A stretch of DNA of 64,000 nt from Nitrospinaceae bacterium (GTDB taxonomy: Bacteria; Nitrospinota; Nitrospinia; Nitrospinales; Nitrospinaceae): assembly GCA_965223665.1 (NCBI GenBank), contig OZ245011.1, forward strand, positions 2,272,001-2,336,000, read 5' to 3'. Below are positions 27,566-36,572 of this stretch, one piece after another. The notes below the pieces were generated by a model. The model did not search any database, was not told where the DNA came from, and was given only the letters and a program-made list of their open reading frames with translations. The position numbers and the translations under genes are program-made. How positions within the stretch are numbered: the stretch's first letter is position 1; every line of letters starts with the position of its first letter.

Positions 27566-29131
27566 TTAATACTTCGAAAGAATTTGCTTCACCTCTTCTG
27601 CTCGGGTGTGGTCACCTATTTTTTTGAATAATTTTTCAGCTTTTCGAAAATGGAAAGAAGATTTTTCATTATCATTCAATGGAGATTCAAAAATTTTTCC
27701 TAAAATAAAATGGGCATCGGCAAAATCCGGGCGGATCCTAATCACTTCCAAAAAAGCTTCAGAAGCCTCTGCATATTGGTTGTTTTCCGTTAATGCCAAG
27801 CCAAGGGCAAAGTGATTCTGCAAAGATTCTGGAGCCAGCTCACTAGCCCTTTCTAAACATTGAACAGCGCCAATCTGATTTTTTACCATACGAAAAGCAG
27901 TTCCAAGATAATAGAAGATAGCAGAATTTTTTGGCTCTTTTAATGCTGCGGATTCCAATAATTGAATCGCTTCCTGGTATTCACTCATTCTAATATAGGC
28001 GGCACCCAAAGCCACTTGAGCATGAATAAATTCCGGATTAATCCTTACTGATTGTTTAAAAGCTCCAATGGCTTTATCAATTTTTCCTAAACCAGCATCT
28101 TCCATATTTCCATAAGCTATTCCCATGTTGTAATAAGCATCTTGAAAGCCCGGCTGAAATGAAATGGCAACTTTATAAGAGCTCACCGCCGATTGATATA
28201 GACCTAAATTATGGAGACGTAACCCCTCTTTAAACCATTCAGCCGCAGCTTTATCTTTTTCCTTTACATCTTGTTTTGAATAATTCAATTGATGTGCAAA
28301 TGTAGCTCTTTGCAGGTTTCCATTTTGAATAAATAATCCTTCGGCTTTTTCTAAAAACTTTTTCTTTCTCCCTGGATTCCTAAGCTTTTTAATATGAAGA
28401 GCTCCCAATTCGTAATAGGCTTCAGCAAATTCGGGACGCAAACGTATTGCATTTTTTAATGCTGTACGTGCTAGAGCATTAAAGCCTAATTCTAAATAAG
28501 CCTGGCCCAACATATAGTAAGATTGAGCTAGGGTTTTTACTTTTCCTCCCAACTCCTTTTCACCTAATCCATCCGGATCCTGGAAGCGACCCAAATTATC
28601 AGAGGCGAAGGTTAACCAATGGTCTGCAATAGTGAAATCAGGCGCAAGCGAAACCCCCTGTTTAAAAGCCTGATAAGATTTTGCTTCTTTTCCCATCATC
28701 CAATAAGCCATAGCCAAATCATAATATATTTGGGGATAATCGGACTTTATCTTAATGGCCTTCTTATAATAATCGACCTCCATTTTATATTTACCCATAT
28801 TTCCACATACGTAACCGAGTAAATGAAATACTGGATAGGCTATAGGTTCTTTTTCTAAAATTTCAGAAAATGATCCAAGCGCCGCTAAATAATTTCCACG
28901 AATACACAAAATGGCTGCATTAGAAAAAGAGGAGGGATCTTTCCATTCATATGGGAAGGTGTCAAATAATGTATCAACCAAACGACCAACCACTTGGTCT
29001 GACATTTGAAACTTTTCAAACTTTTGGACTGTTTCGGGAAATTTTTGTCTTAGTTCTTCCCCCAGGGTGGAAAGAGACTCATCCCCCGTGGAAAAAACAA
29101 CCCGGTTACTTTGGTCTTTTTTTATTTTCAT
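27566..29131 (-). CDS. TPR-repeat protein
   Basis: Multiple TPRs (e.g. AIRLRPEFAEAYYELG, IRIRPDFADAHFILG). Confidence 0.88.
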   Translation of the reverse strand: MKIKKDQSNRVVFSTGDESLSTLGEELRQKFPETVQKFEKFQMSDQVVGRLVDTLFDTFPYEWKDPSSFSNAAILCIRGNYLAALGSFSEILEKEPIAYPVFHLLGYVCGNMGKYKMEVDYYKKAIKIKSDYPQIYYDLAMAYWMMGKEAKSYQAFKQGVSLAPDFTIADHWLTFASDNLGRFQDPDGLGEKELGGKVKTLAQSYYMLGQAYLELGFNALARTALKNAIRLRPEFAEAYYELGALHIKKLRNPGRKKKFLEKAEGLFIQNGNLQRATFAHQLNYSKQDVKEKDKAAAEWFKEGLRLHNLGLYQSAVSSYKVAISFQPGFQDAYYNMGIAYGNMEDAGLGKIDKAIGAFKQSVRINPEFIHAQVALGAAYIRMSEYQEAIQLLESAALKEPKNSAIFYYLGTAFRMVKNQIGAVQCLERASELAPESLQNHFALGLALTENNQYAEASEAFLEVIRIRPDFADAHFILGKIFESPLNDNEKSSFHFRKAEKLFKKIGDHTRAEEVKQILSKY

Positions 29132-29362
29132 TGAACTTATGACAATTAGAATTTTAAATGATTATAGAATTTTAAATTAATCTTGGGAAGCCCCGGAAGA
29201 AAAATTTACTGGACTTAATTTTGTTTTATCTGTAGTGGCAAAATTCCCATTGATTTAAAAGGAATTTTTTACAATCCAACTGAAAATATTGACTTTTTCC
29301 TAACCAGCCTTTTTAGACCCTTCATGGACTTTTATCGGGCAAAAAAAGTAGAATTTTAGGGT

Positions 29363-31894
29363 TTATTGATAAACAACTTGTAGATTCTCATCTAACTCAT
29401 TAGGGAGGAACTTGTGATGCGCCAATTTTTTAAGGGCGCCCAAGGAAGGTAGGTGGCCTTGTTCCGCTGCCCGGCGAAACCACTTTGATGCTACATGGGA
29501 ATTTTTTAGAAATCCTTTTCCTTTAAGGTAAAGATTTCCTAATTGATATTGGGAATCGGCATTTCCTTGTTCTGCTGCAAGCCTAAACCATTTTGCCGCT
29601 AACTTGAAATCCTGCTCAATACTTTGACCATTCAAGTAACATTGCCCCAGGAAGGCTTGTGCTTCGGAATTTCCATGTTCTGCAGATTTTTGAAACCAAT
29701 GGATCGCAGTTTTACAATCTCGTCGAATACCCAATCCATTATATAAGTGTTTTCCCAGCTGATATTGAGCTTGATCATGATTTTGTTTGGCTGCCTTTTC
29801 GTACCACTGCCTGCTTTCATTATAGCTTGGAGAAATTCCTTCACCAGTTTCAAATAGAGTTCCCAAATAGTATTGAACCTCAGGAACCCCTGCCCGCGCC
29901 ATTTTAAAAATCCATTCAATGGGCTTATCTTGTATTAATCCTATTTGCCTATCTGTATTTTCACTTGGCAAATCTGAAGATAAACCATTCCCTCTATGAG
30001 AAGCTTTACGGTACCAACGGGCTGCTTGATTAAAGTCTTTTTCAACTCCTCTTCCAATGAAATACATCATTCCTAAATTCTCTTGTGCCGGTTCAAAACC
30101 TTGCTCGGCGGCACGAAAATACCATTGAACCGCTTTCTGATAATTTTGGGAACAGCCAATTCCTTTTTCGTATAATTTTCCCAATTGATTTTGAGCCATG
30201 AGGTTTCCATTCTGGGCGGAACCTTCAATCCACTGAAAACCTGCAGCATCATCCTGTAATTCACCCTGGCCTTTTAAAAACATTTGCCCCAGTCGTAATT
30301 GTGCAAAATCATGCCCCTGATCCGCCGCCTGCCCAAACCAATGCTTGGCTTTAGAATGGTTTTGTTCCACTCCATGCCCATAAAAGTACATACGACCTAA
30401 ATTATATTGACCATACTCATTATTTTGATTTGCTGAAGCCTGATACCAATTGAAAGCTTGATGCAGGTCCTGGTCCACTCCCTTTCCATGAAAAAACATT
30501 CGAGCTAAGTGATACTGTCCAAAACTATCATTATTTTTTGCAGCAATCATAAAATGATTAAAAGCTCTATTAAAGTCCTGAGGTGTCCCTTTTCCATTTT
30601 CCCAAAGAATCCCCAAGAAAATTCTAGCTTCAACTACTCCTTGTTGTGCAGAATGTTCAAACAATAAAGCAGCTGATGCATAACTTTGTAATACACCCTC
30701 TCCCAAAAAGTGCATGACTCCCAAGTTAAATTGAGCTTCTCCATTTTCCTGTTTAGCAGCTTTCTGAAACCAATGAACTGCCTTTAACGAGTTTTGTGAA
30801 ACTCCCATTCCATGGTCATATAAAATTCCTAATAAGTTCTGGGCCTTTGAGTTATTCATAGTGGCAGCTTTCTCTAACCAAACCGCAGCCTGTTCAAAGT
30901 TTTTTTCCTCAAAATAGTGGAGCCCTTTATTTAATACTTCTTCTTCTGTCAGTACAAATTGCCCATTTTTTTTCTCTAGAAACTGTTGAGCTTCGTGATA
31001 ACCCTGTTCCCCAGCTTTACACATCCAATAAAGAGCTTTTTCAATGCTCTTAGAGGTCTTCTTTCCTTCAAAAAGTATGGTCCCTAATTTGAATTGGGCC
31101 AAATCTAGACCCTTTTCCGCAGCTTTTTGATACCAATGGAAGGCCAACTGCAAGTCTTCATTTACTCCCTGACCTTTTTCATACAAATCAGCAAGATTAA
31201 ACATAGCTTCATCATTACCCTGTTCTGCCGCTTTACGGTACCACATCGCTGCCTGATAAAAATTTTGAGAAATACCCTCACCTTTTTCAAGCATCACACC
31301 CAGTTGATTTTGAGCAAGAGGATTGCCCTTTTCTGCTACCTGTTGAAAACAATGACAAGCCATGTCCAATTTTTTAGGAGTTCCCTTTCCATAATAATAC
31401 ATACGGCCTAAATTGAATTGAGCCTCTTCATTCCCCTGTTCTGCCGCTAAACGGTACCAACGAAACCCTTCCTCATTATCCAAAGAAACTCCTAATCCTT
31501 GTTCATATTGAATACCTAAGAATCCCTGCGCCTTTGCATTCCCCTGATCTGCAGAAAGCCAAAACCAGTGAAACGCTTCTTTAAAATTCTTTTCTACTCC
31601 GACTCCCTTAAAATACATTACACCAATATTGTATTGAGCCGTCGCATTACCTTGTTCCGCTTCTTTGAACCAATTAGTTACATCTTTGTATTCAATGGAG
31701 GGCAAATCCCCTTTTGCGGGGCGGTACACCAAATCTAAATTTTGCCCACCTTTATTGTTAAATAAAAAATCAATTCCTCTTCTGGAAATTCCTAGGGATT
31801 TATCAATAAGAGCAAGGCTGGAGCTTTTCTTATTACTTTTTTGCAAAATTTCCTGGCTGGGTTCTAAGATAGTTTTATTCATATAAAAGTACAA
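29363..31894 (-). CDS. Sel1-repeat protein
   Basis: About 20 repeats of A(A/E)QG..AQ..LG.MY..G.GV..D...A..W; overlaps the upstream J-domain gene. Confidence 0.92.
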   Translation of the reverse strand: MYFYMNKTILEPSQEILQKSNKKSSSLALIDKSLGISRRGIDFLFNNKGGQNLDLVYRPAKGDLPSIEYKDVTNWFKEAEQGNATAQYNIGVMYFKGVGVEKNFKEAFHWFWLSADQGNAKAQGFLGIQYEQGLGVSLDNEEGFRWYRLAAEQGNEEAQFNLGRMYYYGKGTPKKLDMACHCFQQVAEKGNPLAQNQLGVMLEKGEGISQNFYQAAMWYRKAAEQGNDEAMFNLADLYEKGQGVNEDLQLAFHWYQKAAEKGLDLAQFKLGTILFEGKKTSKSIEKALYWMCKAGEQGYHEAQQFLEKKNGQFVLTEEEVLNKGLHYFEEKNFEQAAVWLEKAATMNNSKAQNLLGILYDHGMGVSQNSLKAVHWFQKAAKQENGEAQFNLGVMHFLGEGVLQSYASAALLFEHSAQQGVVEARIFLGILWENGKGTPQDFNRAFNHFMIAAKNNDSFGQYHLARMFFHGKGVDQDLHQAFNWYQASANQNNEYGQYNLGRMYFYGHGVEQNHSKAKHWFGQAADQGHDFAQLRLGQMFLKGQGELQDDAAGFQWIEGSAQNGNLMAQNQLGKLYEKGIGCSQNYQKAVQWYFRAAEQGFEPAQENLGMMYFIGRGVEKDFNQAARWYRKASHRGNGLSSDLPSENTDRQIGLIQDKPIEWIFKMARAGVPEVQYYLGTLFETGEGISPSYNESRQWYEKAAKQNHDQAQYQLGKHLYNGLGIRRDCKTAIHWFQKSAEHGNSEAQAFLGQCYLNGQSIEQDFKLAAKWFRLAAEQGNADSQYQLGNLYLKGKGFLKNSHVASKWFRRAAEQGHLPSLGALKKLAHHKFLPNELDENLQVVYQ

Positions 31895-32664
31895 TCCGAA
31901 GCTAGATTTTTAATTCTTAATTTTAAAGTCGCAATTTTTTCGTCAACCTCATTTGACATATCCTGAAGAACATCTTGTCCTTGCCGTTCACATTCATTTG
32001 CGTAAACCTTTAATCGGAACATTTCTGATTGCTGAACTCTTTCAATTTCAATTTCAATTTTGTTCATTCGGTGACGCACTTGAGCGATTTGCTTTAAAAT
32101 ATGCGATAACTTTTGGCCAAATGATAGATTTCCATCAGGTTTTCGGCCCGCTTCAAACTCTGTAACGATAGTATTCAATTGTTCCGCATCCAGTAAATTG
32201 TACGCTTGATTCAAACGAGCCATTAATGCATGGCGTCGTTCTCGTTCTTCCATGTCAGTGGTTAAATCAGGATGAATTTTTTTAGCTGCTTCACGAAATA
32301 TTTTTTTTAGTTCCTCACTGGGTGGGTCTGCGGTTTCACTGGGATCGATTTCATTTTGGAAAGTATAATTTTCTTTACTTTTTCGGGCTTTTTCCTCGGC
32401 GGATTTCGCTTGAGATTGAAAATTTTCAGATTCAGGGTTTAACTTTGCAGCTAACTTTAAAATATCCGACTTTAGCCCATCTAATTCAGCAAACTTTTTT
32501 CCTACTCGTTGGTTATAAATATGTTCAAATATTGCAACTTCTCTTCGTAAAGTTGATAGAGTAAGTTCCTTCTCAGCTAATTCTTGTTGTAACTGATTTA
32601 GTTCAATATTTTTGCGTTTTAATTCTTCCTGGTCTATAGATGCCGAGAGACCTACTGTTTCCAT
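31879..32664 (-). CDS. Coiled-coil J-domain (DnaJ-like) protein
   Basis: ELKKIFREAAKKIHPDL...MARLNQAY with HPD motif, flanked by coiled coils. Confidence 0.85.
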   Translation of the reverse strand: METVGLSASIDQEELKRKNIELNQLQQELAEKELTLSTLRREVAIFEHIYNQRVGKKFAELDGLKSDILKLAAKLNPESENFQSQAKSAEEKARKSKENYTFQNEIDPSETADPPSEELKKIFREAAKKIHPDLTTDMEERERRHALMARLNQAYNLLDAEQLNTIVTEFEAGRKPDGNLSFGQKLSHILKQIAQVRHRMNKIEIEIERVQQSEMFRLKVYANECERQGQDVLQDMSNEVDEKIATLKLRIKNLASDCTFI

Positions 32665-32805
32665 TAAAGACTCCTATGAAAACTCGATTAAGTTGTTTCT
32701 TTTAAAATTGAATTTTTTCGATAAGATAATATGCTCAAAATATTTGAAACGGAAAATAGGGGATTTCAAATTCTTGAAAGAATCCCTACAAATAGGTAAA
32801 CACAT

Positions 32806-33657
32806 GTGTCCCTTAAAATCAATGATTTAGAGATGATTTCCTTATTCCCAGAAGATTCCGAATTTTTAAAAATAGACACTCGAGGCAAACGGTGGGCCAT
32901 TCCTTATAATTTCGAATGTCTAAATGCTCGGGTAGAGAAACTATTGATTGAGAATCAAAAACAAATTCAGGGTAAGCGAATTTTAGACCTGGCTTCCCAC
33001 TTAGGAACTTTTTCTTATGCTGCTTTAAAGTTAGGAGCTTCCTATGTCCAGGGAATTGATACCGAAAATAGTTTAATTGACCAAAGTATAAACTTATTTA
33101 ATAAGCATTCTATAGACTCTTCACTTTATCAATTTAAAGTGGCTAATGCCTTTGAGTTTTTAGAAAAAGCTACTGAGGAAGAGTATGACACCGTTTTCTG
33201 CTTTGGGTTACTTTATTACACCAGCGAACCTTTTCATCTGCTTAAGTTAATGAAACGAGTGGCCAAAAATTGTATTTTGCTGGATACCTTTACTTCATAC
33301 TATGCTGCACTTCAGGGTAAAGACTCCCAAACCATTCTACCCAACATTAAGGACGAAACCCTGGACTTGCCTTTAATGATTGTTAATTTAACGCAATCAG
33401 AGAAAAAAGATTATTCACTGCCGGATGGATTTCAATACAAAAACAAAAATTTAAACATAACTACTTTTACGAGTAAAGCATTATTGGAAATTTGGTTTGA
33501 GTCTTTGAGCTTGCAATATCATTATTTGGATTGGTCCCAATATTATAGAAAAAATTGTCATTGGAGAAATCTGATCACTCCTGAGCAGAAAAAAAATTCG
33601 CATTGGGCGGATGTTTACAGTAGCAAAGTTCGAGTAGCTTATCGCTTAAACAAATAA
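32806..33657 (+). CDS. Class I SAM-dependent methyltransferase
   Basis: GKRILDLASHLG, VQGID, YDTVFCFGLLYY. Confidence 0.82.
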   Translation: MSLKINDLEMISLFPEDSEFLKIDTRGKRWAIPYNFECLNARVEKLLIENQKQIQGKRILDLASHLGTFSYAALKLGASYVQGIDTENSLIDQSINLFNKHSIDSSLYQFKVANAFEFLEKATEEEYDTVFCFGLLYYTSEPFHLLKLMKRVAKNCILLDTFTSYYAALQGKDSQTILPNIKDETLDLPLMIVNLTQSEKKDYSLPDGFQYKNKNLNITTFTSKALLEIWFESLSLQYHYLDWSQYYRKNCHWRNLITPEQKKNSHWADVYSSKVRVAYRLNK

Positions 33658-34959
33658 CTACTGAATCGCTCTTTCTCCAGGGGTTACCTGATAAACCTTG
33701 TTTGCTTCAAGTGATATTTTTTCATGCAAATAAACATAAATCCAACGTTTCAATGCCTCTCTTACAAAAGTAAAAGCAAAGTCTCTAAATAAAATTCCCG
33801 GATGTCCTTTTTTAAATGTTTTGTATATAAGTGTGGAGTATTTTACAGCTTGACCGAGACGGTATTTCTTTACCAGCTCCATCATTTCACTATTAAGTAT
33901 CTTATCGGCTGATTCCTTGACCTTTAATATATGCGAATAACGCAAATCCAATATTTTTTGAATTACGGGTTTATTTTTTAAAGCAACTATTTGCTCAGAA
34001 AACTCAGCCAAGGCCAATATCAAATCATATACCCGTGCCTCTTGTAAAGGCTTCTCCGATTCTGGGTAATAATACTGTGCCACATCCTCCACCAATTGCA
34101 CATACAATTGTCTGATTTCACCCCAAGGCATGGGTCGAGGACTAAAAAGAATTCTTTTTCGAGAAGGAGAAATCAATTGACTTAACCCTTCCGGAAAATT
34201 CGCATCCACTTCTCGGTTCGCTGAGGGCAGATCATCCAATTCTTCTAATACATCATCCTTTGGCAACTTAGGCTCTTCCTGATGTTCTCCATAAACTTGA
34301 AGAGCCCATTCACCAACCATTAAATACCAACGGAGCAAAAGAGTTTTAAAAATAAAAATATCTATGGCATGTTTAAACATTGTTAACAACCAAAACACCA
34401 AATCTAAACACCGGACTAATTTGTATACCCATTTCAAAACAAAAATGACTTTGTATTTTGAAACTGCTTTCCCAAACGAAGATTCTTCCCATTGTCTTTT
34501 TTTCTGTAAAGCTTTCACTAAGACCACTAAGTGCCTAATTCGAAATTGTGTTAAGGATTGGATTCCTTTAATTTTTATAAGAGATTGAATATTCATTTGG
34601 ATTTCTAAAAATACCTGAAAACTTTGTCCAATCCTTGCCTCATTCAACGGTTCTTTGGATTTGGGATAAAAAATTCTAGCTATTTCTTCAACCAAACTCC
34701 GAGTATTAACCCCTATAAACAGATCTTCTTCTTTCAAGAACCATCTTGATTTAAGGGCTTCAGCATGTTGAAGAGAAATGAATAAGGCTTTCTTTTTTTG
34801 GGGATCCTTCGAAAAATGAAAGCGCTCTTTTAGACGGGTTGTCTGCTTTTTATTCATCCAGCGAATTTTTAATATTCCAAGCCCTCGTAGCAAAAACCAT
34901 AAAAGACTGGAAAATATTAACCCCGCTGCAATTATGAAAATTAAATTCCAAATGTCCAT
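33658..34959 (-). CDS. Membrane-anchored hypothetical protein with internal duplication
   Basis: N-terminal TM; LVEEIARIFYPKSKEPLNEARI versus LVEDVAQYYYPESEKPLQEARV. Confidence 0.75.
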   Translation of the reverse strand: MDIWNLIFIIAAGLIFSSLLWFLLRGLGILKIRWMNKKQTTRLKERFHFSKDPQKKKALFISLQHAEALKSRWFLKEEDLFIGVNTRSLVEEIARIFYPKSKEPLNEARIGQSFQVFLEIQMNIQSLIKIKGIQSLTQFRIRHLVVLVKALQKKRQWEESSFGKAVSKYKVIFVLKWVYKLVRCLDLVFWLLTMFKHAIDIFIFKTLLLRWYLMVGEWALQVYGEHQEEPKLPKDDVLEELDDLPSANREVDANFPEGLSQLISPSRKRILFSPRPMPWGEIRQLYVQLVEDVAQYYYPESEKPLQEARVYDLILALAEFSEQIVALKNKPVIQKILDLRYSHILKVKESADKILNSEMMELVKKYRLGQAVKYSTLIYKTFKKGHPGILFRDFAFTFVREALKRWIYVYLHEKISLEANKVYQVTPGERAIQ

Positions 34960-35117
34960 ATCATCTTTTAAGCAATTACACTCATTTAATGAAACCCTCT
35001 ACATTTATAAATATGGTGGACAAAGTATAGAAATGTTATAGTTTTATTCAATTGAGAAAGAATTGCCTTAAAAAAATGGCTTTTTTAAAATACCAACATC
35101 ATTATTAAAGGCAGCAA

Positions 35118-35540
35118 ATGCCTAATTTAAACCAATGGTTATATTTTCTTATTCTTGTTAGTCTTCTGATTATTTTACCTAACTGTACAGATAAAACGAG
35201 TAAGGAATTAGTTGCAGAAGGTTGGGATGAAATTGATCATGACAATTTTAAGGCCGCGGAACACTCATTTCAGCAAGCCCTCAATAAAAAACCCAAAAAC
35301 GCAGAAGCCTATTATGGTCTTGGAACAGTATACAATGTTATAAAAAGGTTTGAAGACGCTGAAATCGCTTTAAAAAAAGCTGTGAGACTGGATCCTACAT
35401 ATGTTGATGCTCATTATAGCTTAGGTTATCTTTATGAACAAATGGGCAAAGAGCAGGAAGCTCGAAAACATTATTCTATGTATAACCGGTTAAAGAAAAA
35501 AAAGGAACAATTGCAAAAGGAGGTAAAGGAGAAACTTTGA
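35118..35540 (+). CDS. TPR lipoprotein
   Basis: Signal with LPNC lipobox-like motif, 2-3 TPRs. Confidence 0.8.
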   Translation: MPNLNQWLYFLILVSLLIILPNCTDKTSKELVAEGWDEIDHDNFKAAEHSFQQALNKKPKNAEAYYGLGTVYNVIKRFEDAEIALKKAVRLDPTYVDAHYSLGYLYEQMGKEQEARKHYSMYNRLKKKKEQLQKEVKEKL

Positions 35541-36460
35541 AAAAAATACTAATTGGTGGATTGGCTTTTGCTTTTTTTTTAGGATGCTCTTCTAAACCCT
35601 TAAAACCATCCCAACCTTCATCAAAGCCCAATAGCTCTTCCAAAAAAGCCAAGGCATTATCCTCTAAAATTATTCCGAAACCTTATGCACCCAAACAACA
35701 GAAAAATTTTCCAAAAAAAGAAAAGGGGTTTTTAAAACCTAACCCAAAAACAAAAAGCTCACATTCAATTTCTTTACCAACAAAATTAAACGTCAAAGAC
35801 CACTCCATTCTAGTGCGAGTTCCCAAAGGAAAATATTTTGTCACAAAAGGAAAAACCATTATTTCTGACAATAAAAAACCTAAAGCTCAATATGGTTTCC
35901 AACTTATTCCCGAATTTTTCATCGATCTTCATGAAATAACGGTTGAGCAATATAAACTGTTTAATCCCGACTACGATGAATCTGTTTATAATAAGGGCGA
36001 ACCTTGCCCACAATGTCCAGTTGTCGCTGTTGATTGGCTAACCGCACTTGAATATTGCAAATGGGCCGATAAAAGACTTCCCTCAGAAATGGAATGGGAG
36101 GCTGCAGCTCGGGGCTCCACTCGGCGGCAATTTCCCTGGGGAGACCAGTATTCATCCAAATTTGCAAATCTTGTAGGCAAAGAGGATGGATTTCTCGGAT
36201 TAGCTCCCGTGGGGCAATTCCCTCTAGGGGTAAGTCCTTTTGGGGTTATGGATATGACAGGAAATCTTTGGGAATGGGTAAACACTCCTGCCACAGTTAT
36301 CAATAATAAATCTGAAGAACCTTCATCGGACTCAACGCAGTTTTTTTGGGTTAAAGGAGGAAGCTGGCGAAGTCTTCCCAAGGAAGCCACTATCTCTAAT
36401 CGAATTAAAATGGAAAGTACGGTACAAAATCCCAGTATTGGATTTCGCTGTGTAAAATAG
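35537..36460 (+). CDS. FGE-sulfatase (SUMF1) domain lipoprotein
   Basis: FLGC lipobox; RLPSEMEWEAAARG, FPWG, DMTGNLWEW, KGGSW, IGFRC. Confidence 0.9.
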   Translation: MKKILIGGLAFAFFLGCSSKPLKPSQPSSKPNSSSKKAKALSSKIIPKPYAPKQQKNFPKKEKGFLKPNPKTKSSHSISLPTKLNVKDHSILVRVPKGKYFVTKGKTIISDNKKPKAQYGFQLIPEFFIDLHEITVEQYKLFNPDYDESVYNKGEPCPQCPVVAVDWLTALEYCKWADKRLPSEMEWEAAARGSTRRQFPWGDQYSSKFANLVGKEDGFLGLAPVGQFPLGVSPFGVMDMTGNLWEWVNTPATVINNKSEEPSSDSTQFFWVKGGSWRSLPKEATISNRIKMESTVQNPSIGFRCVK

Positions 36461-36480
36461 TGGGTGCTTAGTAATCCCCA

Positions 36481-36531
36481 AAAAAAGAAAAAGCCAGATC
36501 CTTACTCTGGCAGGTGAAGTAAGGATCTGGC
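36481..36531 (-). terminator. Rho-independent terminator of nrdJ
   Basis: 14-bp inverted repeat GCCAGATCCTTACT/AGTAAGGATCTGGC (36493-36531) followed by a U-tract on the minus strand. Confidence 0.85.
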
Positions 36532-36572
36532 CCTTAAAATGTAGGGAACCCAAGCCTGTTGGCGGGTGAGGT

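Noticed and set aside
29363-31894. Periodic DNA similarity resembling a CRISPR or other repeat array
   Set aside because: Explained by 36-aa Sel1 protein repeats; no identical repeat-spacer structure or cas genes seen in the window.
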